Assembly: GCA_044070495.1 (NCBI GenBank)
Contig: JBIPSI010000005.1
Location: 1 to 64,000, forward strand
Direction: 5' to 3'
From: Spirulina sp.
GTDB taxonomy: Bacteria; Cyanobacteriota; Cyanobacteriia; Phormidesmidales; Phormidesmidaceae
Length of the DNA: 64,000 nucleotides
This document shows, one piece after another, positions 29,419-37,828 of the stretch. The notes under the pieces are model-generated. The model ran no database searches. It had not been told where the DNA came from and worked only from the letters and a program-made list of their open reading frames with translations. A program made the translations under genes and the position numbers. Every line of letters starts with the position of its first letter. Position 1 is the stretch's first letter.

Positions 29419-29835
29419 CTACAGGGCTTGGCTTCGGGGGTGGCCTAGAGACAGCAACAGCCCTGCCGATGAAAGGAATATAGTAGAGTTGAGTCGTTTC
29501 TTTAACGCTAGAGGCTTTGTAGGTGGTGTACTGCTCCCAAATCTCCTGAATCGTGGGTGTAGGCGTGGGTGTAATCTCCTCTGGCTGCGCTGCTGTGCCG
29601 CCTTTGGGGGCTTATAGCGAGTCAGCGTCTCGTCAAAGTGGCCTGAAAGAATGTCCAGCTCGATTTCCTTCGCCTTCATCTCCGCCAACTTCCGGTTTGC
29701 CGGAGTATCGGCAAACCCCAAAGAGAGGTAATGGCGTTTGCCCTGGTGGCGAAATCGCAGTTGAAGCCTCCCATGGGACACCAGAATCGCCACGGAACCT
29801 TTGGAAGCCTTACCAGTCGGGGTTTTAGAGAACAT
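29419..29835 (-). pseudogene. Tyrosine integrase remnant (N-terminal arm-binding DUF3596-type domain), frameshifted and truncated
   Basis: GRLQLRFRHQGKRHYLSLG..DT..N.K.A..KA.EIELDI..GHFD.TL..YK; continuation (IQEIWEQY) lies in another frame; no catalytic domain. Confidence 0.78.
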
Positions 29836-30005
29836 GGATGTAAGCGCCACAGGGCTAACTGCTACACCCAAATTACACCCGACTTACACCCAAACTGCCT
29901 CAAAAGTCCCCAAACTTCACCCCACCTTTAGGACGGGAGAACTAATCTACTGCCGTTCTGAGACGAGCTAAAATCCCTGAAACCGTTGATTCTAAAGGGA
30001 TTTGC

Positions 30006-30305
30006 TGTACAGTGACACGTTATTTGTCGTCGGGTCAAATTGCTGTCGTCCGATTGAAACCTTTTATTTTCAGGTGCTTCGAGCATTCTAGCAGGCATTT
30101 TAGACCTCAGATGAGATGGCAGACAAGGGACAAATAGGCTGTCGTCATCCGACAAAGTGACAGTCTATTTGTCGTTTTTCTTTAGGTTTCAAAATCAGCG
30201 AGTGACAGAATCAGTGTCGTTTTTTGGATGGCGCTATATAATACATATAAACTATCTGGCTGGCTCGTTGTAGTGATTAAAGGTCGGTCAGGATTGATGT
30301 CGTTG
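30006..30305 (+). repeat. CAST tnsB-proximal end with multiple TnsB-binding sites
   Basis: GACA/GTCA-N~7-TGTCG repeats near 30013, 30034, 30128, 30158, 30203, 30286. Confidence 0.8.
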
Positions 30306-30327
30306 TTGGGCTGGGAGGAGGATCTAG

Positions 30328-32079
30328 ATGGCGTTGGATATGTCCTCGGAGAACCTGGAGTCGCCCATGGATCTGGGCTTACCTCCGAGTCGCACTTCTG
30401 ATTCAGAGCAAGGAATCACCATTGTTGAAGAACTAGATGAAGGGGCTCAGCAGAAGTTGGAGGTGATTCAGTCGTTATTGGAACCCTGTGACCGGGCAAC
30501 CTACGGCGAAAAGCTGCGAGACGCCGCAGACAAGCTGGGGTGTTCTCTCCGCACGGTGCAGCGGTTGGTGAAGCGCTGGGAGGCGGAGGGGGTTTCTGCT
30601 TTTGTGACCGCTGGCCGATCTGACCAGGGGAAGCACCGCATTGCTGAGTTCTGGCAAGACTTCATCATCAAAACCTACGAGGCGGGCAACAAGGGCAGTC
30701 GGCGGATGACACCCAAGCAGGTGGCCGTTAGGGTGCAGGCGAAGGCTCGTGAGATGGAGGACGATAAACCACCGAGCTACAAAACAGTGCTGCGAGTGCT
30801 GAAGCCTGTCCTGGAGCGGAAGGAGAAGGCCAAAAGCATTCGCAGTCCTGGCTGGCGAGGCTCAACGCTGTCGGTTAAAACGCGGGATGGTGAAGATCTA
30901 GGGATTGAGTACAGCAACCAAGTTTGGCAGTGCGACCATACCCCTGCCGATGTGCTGTTGGTAGATCAGCATGGCAACCCTGTGGGACGGCCTTGGCTGA
31001 CGGTGGTGATTGATAGCTACTCCCGCTGTGTGATGGGGGTGAATGTGGGGTTCGATGCCCCGAGTTCGCAGGTGGTGGCGTTGGCGTTGCGGCACGCCAT
31101 GTTGCCTAAGCCGTATGGCCCGGAGTACAAGCTCCATTGTGAGTGGGGCACCTATGGTAAGCCCGTTCACTTTTTTACCGATGGGGGGCGCGACTTTCGG
31201 TCTAACCACATCCAGCGCATTGGGGCGGATTTGGGCTTTAGCTGCCATCTCCGGGATCGTCCACCGGAAGGGGGCATTGTCGAGCGGGTCTTTCGCACCC
31301 TCAATGATCAGCTCTTTTCGACCCTCCCTGGCTACACCGGATCGAACGTCCAGCAGCGACCAGAGGAGGCGGACAAGGAAGCGAGTTTGACCCTACGGGA
31401 GCTAGAGCAGTTGGTGGTGCGGTTCCTCTGCGACAACTACAACCAGTCGATTGATGCGCGGATGGGTGACCAAACTCGGTTTCAGCGCTGGGAAGCGGGG
31501 TTGATCGCACCCCCAGACCTGTTGGAGGAGCGACACCTCGACATTTGCTTGATGAAAGCCAGTCGCCGTACCGTGCAGCGCGGGGGCTACCTGCAATTTG
31601 CAAACCTGATGTTTCGGGGCGAGTATCTGGCGGGGTATGTCAGGGAGAAGGTATGGGTACGATTTAACCCCAGCGACATCACCACCGTTTGGGTCTATCG
31701 CCAGGAGGATAATCGCGAGGTTTTTCTCACCCGTGCCTTTGCCCAAGGGCTGGAAACAGAGCAGCTTTCCTATGAGGAAGCCAAGGCTAGTAGCAAGCGC
31801 CTCAGGGAGGCGGGCAAGGCCATCAGCAATGAGTCAATCCTGCAAGAGTCCATTGAGCGGGATGCCCTGCTTGCCAAGAAAAACCGCAAACAGCGTCGTA
31901 AAGCGGAGCAAGATTCTGTCAAAGCGCAGAAATTGTTAGAGGTTGCTCCCGATCCCCCAGAGTTGCCAGAGCGGTTCGATGATGTGGTCGAGGAGGACGA
32001 TGCGCTTAGTGGGGAGGAGGATCTGGATCTAGGTGCCTTCGAGCCGATTGATTTTGACGATATTCGTGGAGCGTGGTGA
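30328..32079 (+). CDS. tnsB: DDE transposase TnsB
   Basis: WQCDHT, FTDGGRDF, GIVER catalytic triad; N-terminal HTH SLRTVQRL. Confidence 0.95.
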   Translation: MALDMSSENLESPMDLGLPPSRTSDSEQGITIVEELDEGAQQKLEVIQSLLEPCDRATYGEKLRDAADKLGCSLRTVQRLVKRWEAEGVSAFVTAGRSDQGKHRIAEFWQDFIIKTYEAGNKGSRRMTPKQVAVRVQAKAREMEDDKPPSYKTVLRVLKPVLERKEKAKSIRSPGWRGSTLSVKTRDGEDLGIEYSNQVWQCDHTPADVLLVDQHGNPVGRPWLTVVIDSYSRCVMGVNVGFDAPSSQVVALALRHAMLPKPYGPEYKLHCEWGTYGKPVHFFTDGGRDFRSNHIQRIGADLGFSCHLRDRPPEGGIVERVFRTLNDQLFSTLPGYTGSNVQQRPEEADKEASLTLRELEQLVVRFLCDNYNQSIDARMGDQTRFQRWEAGLIAPPDLLEERHLDICLMKASRRTVQRGGYLQFANLMFRGEYLAGYVREKVWVRFNPSDITTVWVYRQEDNREVFLTRAFAQGLETEQLSYEEAKASSKRLREAGKAISNESILQESIERDALLAKKNRKQRRKAEQDSVKAQKLLEVAPDPPELPERFDDVVEEDDALSGEEDLDLGAFEPIDFDDIRGAW

Positions 32080-32912
32080 GCATGACACAAGCAAAGGCCT
32101 GGGCTGAGGTGCTAGGTGAGTCAACGCCGGATACGGACTCGCTACAGGCGGAAATCACCCGCCTACGGAAGAAAACCGTGTTGCCCCTAGAGCATGTCAG
32201 CCAGCTTCACGGTTGGCTGGATGGGAAGCGCAAGGCGCGTCAGTCTTGCCGCATTGTGGGGGAATCGAGAACTGGAAAGTCGAGTGCCTGTGAGGCGTAC
32301 TTTTACCGAAACAAGCCCACTCAAGCCACGGGCAAGAAGCCGATTGTCCCGGTCGTCTACATTCAGCCGCCACAGAAGTGCGGGTCGAGGGAACTGTTTA
32401 AGGAGATCATCGAATTTCTCAAGTATCGGGTGGCTAAGGGGACGGTCTCTGATTTTCGGGGGCGGGCCTTTGAGGTGCTGAAGGGCTGCGAGGTCGAGAT
32501 GATCGTCATCGACGAAGCGGATCGGCTGAAGCCCGAGACCTTTGCCGATGTGCGCGATTTTTACGACAAGCTGGCGATTTCGGTGGTCTTAGTCGGCACG
32601 GATCGGCTGGATGCCGTCATCAAGCGAGATGAGCAGGTGTATAACCGCTTCCGAGCCTGCTACCGCTTTGGCAAGCTCTCCGGGGAGGACTTTATCAAAA
32701 CGGTCAAGATTTGGGAGCAGAAGGTTTTGCTGCTGCCCGTGGCCTCTAACTTAACCAGCAAGGCGATGCAGAAAATTCTGATAGAGGCGACGGAGGGCTA
32801 CATTGGCCGCATGGATGAGGTACTGCGGGAGGCGGCGATTCGTGCCTTGAGCCAGGGGCACAAGAAAATTGAGAAGTCGGTGCTGCAAGAGGTGGCTAGG
32901 GAGTACAAATAA
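32073..32912 (+). CDS. tnsC: AAA+ ATPase TnsC
   Basis: GESRTGKS Walker A, IVIDEADR Walker B; start could be 32082. Confidence 0.95.
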   Translation: MVSMTQAKAWAEVLGESTPDTDSLQAEITRLRKKTVLPLEHVSQLHGWLDGKRKARQSCRIVGESRTGKSSACEAYFYRNKPTQATGKKPIVPVVYIQPPQKCGSRELFKEIIEFLKYRVAKGTVSDFRGRAFEVLKGCEVEMIVIDEADRLKPETFADVRDFYDKLAISVVLVGTDRLDAVIKRDEQVYNRFRACYRFGKLSGEDFIKTVKIWEQKVLLLPVASNLTSKAMQKILIEATEGYIGRMDEVLREAAIRALSQGHKKIEKSVLQEVAREYK

Positions 32913-33415
32913 TGGTGGAGTCTGGGATTCAGCCCTGGTTATTTGAGGTGGAACCTTACCCAGGCGAAAGCCTGAGCCATTACCTAGGGAGGTTTCGGCG
33001 ACGCAATCAACTGACACCGGGCGGGCTGGGAACCATGGCGGGCATTGGGGCGGTGGTGGCCCGTTGGGAAAAGTTTCACCTCAATCCCTATCCCACCCAG
33101 GCGCAGTTTGAGGCGCTGGGGAAGGTGCTAGGGCTATCGGCGGAGCGCCTTTGGGCCATGCTGCCACCTCAAGGAGAGGGGATGGTGCATGAGCCGATTC
33201 GGCTGTGTGGGGCCTGCTATGGGGAGAGTCCCTGTCATCGGATGGAGTGGCAATACAAGTCGGTTTGGAGGTGTGAGCGCCACAACCTCAAGCTACTCTC
33301 TAAGTGCCCTAACTGTGGGGCCAAGTTTAAGGCTCCAGCCCTTTGGGAGGATGGCTGCTGTAGTCGTTGCAAGATATCGTTTGCCATGACCGAAAAACTT
33401 CAAAAATCTAGCTAG
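32912..33415 (+). CDS. tniQ: Minimal TniQ
   Basis: PYPGESLSHYLGRFRR, CGAC, CERH, CPNC, C..C zinc motifs. Confidence 0.95.
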   Translation: MVESGIQPWLFEVEPYPGESLSHYLGRFRRRNQLTPGGLGTMAGIGAVVARWEKFHLNPYPTQAQFEALGKVLGLSAERLWAMLPPQGEGMVHEPIRLCGACYGESPCHRMEWQYKSVWRCERHNLKLLSKCPNCGAKFKAPALWEDGCCSRCKISFAMTEKLQKSS

Positions 33416-34035
33416 GGCAAACTAATCTTACTTAACTCAAGCTTGTAAAACTCTTGCTTTTCATCTAAATCTTTATCCTGAAAGATCTCGTTGACTTCTG
33501 AGCTGGAGAGGCATTTTTTCTCGCAAATTATATCAGCAATGTGCGAGATTAAATCCCAATTTTCTTCGACGATTTTCCTCACTGGGTCAAGAAATCTATC
33601 GCTAGATCCTATAGGAAATCCTAGCTTCGTATATTTAGAAAAATCATCTCCTCCGCCTCCTACACTAAGAGAAGCAAAAGGCTCTTCAAATCCCCTGAAA
33701 ATATCCTCTGCTATGGATCCAGCAAATGCTATACAAGTGAAAATATATTTTTCCATCAAGTCTTCGATCAACTCTGGTGGAGTATAAGGAATGTAATTAG
33801 TCTCTCCTCCATTGTCTTTATCTATGGAAGCATTAATTACATCATATCCAAATAGTCGAATCATGAATATATGTCCTGCCTCATGATGGGCAGTTGCCTT
33901 TGCTTCTTCTTCCTGAGACTTGAATGGATTCATTGTGATTATTTTCTTTGTTAGATCGTCTGGAATTCCTGATAATCCATTCCGAATTGAATGCGATTTG
34001 CTTTCCTGATGAAGGGGAGTGCTGATAGAGATCAA
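33412..34035 (-). CDS. HEXXH zinc metallopeptidase (M41/M50-like), AT-rich
   Basis: TAHHEAGH, AGSIAE, GGDD; true start may be ATG 33933. Confidence 0.7.
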   Translation of the reverse strand: MISISTPLHQESKSHSIRNGLSGIPDDLTKKIITMNPFKSQEEEAKATAHHEAGHIFMIRLFGYDVINASIDKDNGGETNYIPYTPPELIEDLMEKYIFTCIAFAGSIAEDIFRGFEEPFASLSVGGGGDDFSKYTKLGFPIGSSDRFLDPVRKIVEENWDLISHIADIICEKKCLSSSEVNEIFQDKDLDEKQEFYKLELSKISLP

Positions 34036-34068
34036 TGCCTTCAGCGAAAATATGGGTCTTCACAATTA

Positions 34069-37000
34069 CTAAGGACTCGACTGAGCTTCTTCAAAAACTT
34101 TCTCGGCAAAATCTGGATCTTCCTGCATTTTCTTGAAAAGAGCGGGCATTTTGTCGTAGTGCTGTTTGAGAAACTGCTCTTCACTCTCGGGCAAACGGCC
34201 AGCTAGATAAATCAATTCTTCTTCATCGAGTTCTAAAATACGAGCAATCGCCCGAATAGCATCTTCCTTGGGCGGATAGTCGGCTTTATCGTTCTCTAGC
34301 TTTGACAGATAGGTGAAATTTAGTCCCACCGAGTCAGCTAGCTCTCGCTGGCTCAGCCCTTTTGCCTTCCTCGCCTGGAAGATTACCTGCCCAAAGGTTT
34401 CATCGGTGGTGTACGGGGCGACCGGCTCTCCAGCTCTTTGGGCACGGGGTTGGCGCTTGGTTTTGCCCTGCACCTCTACCCAGCCAATCAGTTGGGTAGA
34501 GAAAGCCCGTTCGGCTTGGGCTAGCCCCTGCTGCTTTAGCTCTCGGTTGAGCATGGGTTCCAGGTATTCGTGAAGTAGTCTTTGCCGCTCTTTGACTTCC
34601 CAGTTAGGGACGGCAGGGGCTTGCATCAAGACATCAATGCCTTTGCGTTCTAGGGTGGGTAGGCGTTTGCCGTTGGGGTTGGTTGCTAGAGATTTGAGGA
34701 CAAACTGTTGTTCCCCTCGTTGTCCCAAAACCTCTATCAACCACCAGGTCAACACCGCTGGCATTTCGTCATCGCCAATGACCGAGGCTCCCAGCTCTTC
34801 AGGCACAACGTTTTGCCACTTCTGTAGTGCCTGCTCCATCACCGGATGGTCTAGCCCCATGAGGTCGAGGGTTTCATTTTCGCAGGCCAGTTCCCGATTG
34901 GTGGTAAATCGCAGTAGCTTGGTGCCCTGGTCACCTCGGAGTTCAAACAGGCTGTCGCCAATGCGGACGACACTCTGTTTTTGATCTTCGAGGGCTGCCG
35001 ATAGGAAACGGATAATGCGATCTAGGCTAGCGCTGACATCGGCGAAGGGTTTGTAGTCATCAATGTTGAAGCCTTCCAGGTCTTGGAATAGCTCAAAGAC
35101 CACTTTGCGGGCCTCTGCTGCGTTGGAAAGGGCATTGGCTAATTCGTGCTGGGTGCGCTTCAAGGTTGGGTCAGACAGCGCCTGTTGATAGAGTTTTTCG
35201 TAGCTCAGGCGTTCGGAGAGTTGGCCGAGAATTTGAGCTTTCAGATCTTCGGCCACTTTGCCATGTTCGTCTACCTTGCCGACGGCTTTGGCAATTTCTT
35301 CTAGCTTTTCTTCCAGCAGCAGAAAGATTTTGCCCTCGATGGTGTCTGAGAGCACGAGGTTATAGACCTGGGCCGTATGGTTTTGCCCATAGCGGTGGAT
35401 GCGACCAATGCGCTGCTCGATATCCATCGGGTTCCAGGGCAGGTCGAAGTTAAACAGCACCCTAGCAAATTGCAGGTTGATGCCCTCTCGCCCTGCTGCG
35501 GTACAAATCAGCACGCGGGGGCCATTCTTTTGGCGGAATTTGCGCTCAGCGGCCAGCTTAGAGCCATGGTCGCCCCCTCGGAGCACTACTACGCCCTGGC
35601 CTGGGTAGGTGGTTTCGATTTCTGCGGCTAGCAGATCGACGGTGCCCAGGTAGGTGGCGAAGATCACGATTTTTTCGGTGGGGTTCTGCTTCCAGAGGTT
35701 GCCCAGGGCGATCATGAGTTTTTCGACCTTGGTTTCTCGGGCGACGGGGAAACTTTCTAGCAAAGCATTAATCCGATCGCGCTCTTCAGGCAGGGCAATT
35801 TTGACGAAGCTCACGGCAGCAGCTTCGGCCTGGCTGGCGTTGATTTCGCCGCTGTAGGCGTCCGAGCCGATTTCTAGTTCACCATCGTCGATCTTTTTGA
35901 GAATGGCGAGCTTAGCCTCGGCTAAGATGCGATCGCACTCGCCCTGGCCCATGGCATTCTCAGGCAGTTGGTACATCTGGCGAATGAGGTATCGAGCCTC
36001 ATCGAGCAGGCGCTCGCGGTTGTCGATGTCGAGTTCTTGGTCGCGCAGGATGGCTTCGTGGATGGTGAGCATCAGCAGCCGTCGCCGCAGGGTGAGGCGC
36101 ACCGCCGCGAAGCTAGAGGCGGCAATTTTTTGAAAAATGGCCATGATGAAGCCCAAGGCCCGTGCCTGGTTGCCCTGCTGCTTGGCTAGGTCAAAGCCAT
36201 CCTGGAGGTATTGGCAGAGCTTGGTGTAGAACTCCCGCTCTTCGTCGGCCATGGTGAAGGATTCGGTTTCCACTTGGCGGCGGGCAAACAGGGTGGAGCC
36301 GTCGGGCCTACAGGCATCGGCCTTGGTGCGGCGAAAGACAATGGTATTGAGGCGATGGCGATTTTCCACCATGTCGTCGGGGTTTTTGAACAGGGTGGAG
36401 TCGAGCAGGTTGGTCAGCATCCAGAAGCGGAAGTGATCGCCCTGGTGGGGGGTAGCGGAGAGCAAGATCAGATCGCGGGTGTGGTCTTTGAGCTTTTCGG
36501 CCAGCTTGTAGTTTTCGGTTTTGCGAACCCGGTTGCCGCTTTTGTAGGCATTGAGGTGATGGGCTTCGTCAAACACCACCAGATCCCAGGTGGGGGCATC
36601 GAGCAGCTTTTTAATGCGGCTAGTGCGTTTGAGGGTGTCGATGCTGACGATTAAATTGTCGTGTTTCTCAAAGGCGTTGGATTTACGGTCAAACACATCG
36701 CCTTCGCTGCCAAAGACTTCAAAATTGAGGTTAAAGACTTCGTTGAGTTCGCGATGCCAGTTGTTGACCAGGCCCGCTGGCACCACCATGAGGGCGCGGT
36801 TGAGTTCTGAGCGGCTGGCCAGTTCGCGCAGCAGCAGGGCGGTTTCAATGGTTTTGCCTAGGCCCACTTCGTCGGCGATTAGGTAGCGGCGGGGGCTGTT
36901 GGTGGCGATGCGGTGGGTAAGCACCACCTGGTGGGGCAGCAGGTCAATTTTGGCGGCGGTGAGGGCGGCGGCGCTTTCCATCAGGGGCAGGGCGTGGGCT

Positions 37001-37239
37001 TCGTGGACGAGCCAGAGCTGTCGCAGCCGTTCCCAGGTGCCAGAAACGTTGTGGATGATGCGCTCGTTTCTGGAGAGTTGGGGGGTGACGCTGGAGAGGG
37101 GCAGTTGCCGTTCGCCGCTGCCAAAGAAGACTCGCACGTAGCCGTTGCGGGGCGCTTCTAGCACCACCCCTTCGCCAAATTCGGCGTGGGTGATGCGCTT
37201 ACCGGGTTGGAGGCTGGCTTCGAGCAGTGGGTTATCCAT
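34069..37239 (-). CDS. SNF2/RapA-like helicase with C-terminal XRE HTH fusion
   Basis: ADEVGLGKT, DEAH, SATPH, EGINLQ, QRIGRIHRYGQ; tail RKAKGLSQRELADSVGLNFTYLSKLEN. Confidence 0.9.
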   Translation of the reverse strand: MDNPLLEASLQPGKRITHAEFGEGVVLEAPRNGYVRVFFGSGERQLPLSSVTPQLSRNERIIHNVSGTWERLRQLWLVHEAHALPLMESAAALTAAKIDLLPHQVVLTHRIATNSPRRYLIADEVGLGKTIETALLLRELASRSELNRALMVVPAGLVNNWHRELNEVFNLNFEVFGSEGDVFDRKSNAFEKHDNLIVSIDTLKRTSRIKKLLDAPTWDLVVFDEAHHLNAYKSGNRVRKTENYKLAEKLKDHTRDLILLSATPHQGDHFRFWMLTNLLDSTLFKNPDDMVENRHRLNTIVFRRTKADACRPDGSTLFARRQVETESFTMADEEREFYTKLCQYLQDGFDLAKQQGNQARALGFIMAIFQKIAASSFAAVRLTLRRRLLMLTIHEAILRDQELDIDNRERLLDEARYLIRQMYQLPENAMGQGECDRILAEAKLAILKKIDDGELEIGSDAYSGEINASQAEAAAVSFVKIALPEERDRINALLESFPVARETKVEKLMIALGNLWKQNPTEKIVIFATYLGTVDLLAAEIETTYPGQGVVVLRGGDHGSKLAAERKFRQKNGPRVLICTAAGREGINLQFARVLFNFDLPWNPMDIEQRIGRIHRYGQNHTAQVYNLVLSDTIEGKIFLLLEEKLEEIAKAVGKVDEHGKVAEDLKAQILGQLSERLSYEKLYQQALSDPTLKRTQHELANALSNAAEARKVVFELFQDLEGFNIDDYKPFADVSASLDRIIRFLSAALEDQKQSVVRIGDSLFELRGDQGTKLLRFTTNRELACENETLDLMGLDHPVMEQALQKWQNVVPEELGASVIGDDEMPAVLTWWLIEVLGQRGEQQFVLKSLATNPNGKRLPTLERKGIDVLMQAPAVPNWEVKERQRLLHEYLEPMLNRELKQQGLAQAERAFSTQLIGWVEVQGKTKRQPRAQRAGEPVAPYTTDETFGQVIFQARKAKGLSQRELADSVGLNFTYLSKLENDKADYPPKEDAIRAIARILELDEEELIYLAGRLPESEEQFLKQHYDKMPALFKKMQEDPDFAEKVFEEAQSSP

Positions 37240-37297
37240 GGCGGTGGGGGAGGGAACTCCGGTGGGGGTGGGGAAATTTGAGGCAACCTGGGCCAGG

Positions 37298-37822
37298 TTA
37301 GGAAATGCGCTCTAGGTAAAGACCAATCCAATCGGGGCCTTCGAGGTCGGTGTTGGTGGGGGCATCGGCACGCAGAAGGTGGCCCGCATCGGTGGCGGCT
37401 CCGGCCCACAGGGCACGGCCCATGGCGAGGGTTTGGGCATTGTACCTGCCGCCACAGGCCCAGGTGTAGGCGTTGGTGGCGGGCTGGTGTTTGATGCGTT
37501 TTTGCCCCTGGGGGAGCCAGAAGAGCAACCCGGCTTGGCCTTCGTACTCGTCTTGGAAGCTGAGGATGGCGGGCTGGATAGTGTCTTCGAGGAATTGTTG
37601 GCCGTCGTCGGGGGAGAGGCTATCGAGGGCACCGTCTAACCCGGCGACGACGAGGGTGTTGCCATGGCTGGAGGGCAGGTCATCGGGCCAGTGCTCCTGT
37701 AGGCGCAGAAACTGTCGCAGGGAATAGACTTCGTCGGGGGCGGCGATGGTGGCCAATTTTTCGGCATTCCACAAGAGGGCCATGCCGTTTTTATGCCAGT
37801 TGGGGTTTCGCACGGGTCGCAT
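37298..37822 (-). CDS. Accessory protein of the cargo operon, unknown function
   Basis: 174 aa tightly packed in the operon; TLVVAGLD resembles a degenerate Walker-B strand. Confidence 0.7.
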   Translation of the reverse strand: MRPVRNPNWHKNGMALLWNAEKLATIAAPDEVYSLRQFLRLQEHWPDDLPSSHGNTLVVAGLDGALDSLSPDDGQQFLEDTIQPAILSFQDEYEGQAGLLFWLPQGQKRIKHQPATNAYTWACGGRYNAQTLAMGRALWAGAATDAGHLLRADAPTNTDLEGPDWIGLYLERIS

Positions 37823-37828
37823 GGTGAT

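Noticed and set aside
24260..29990. Duplicated tRNA-Gly 3' end (att site) bounding the integrase island
   Set aside because: No copy seen by eye, so the island boundary remains inferred.
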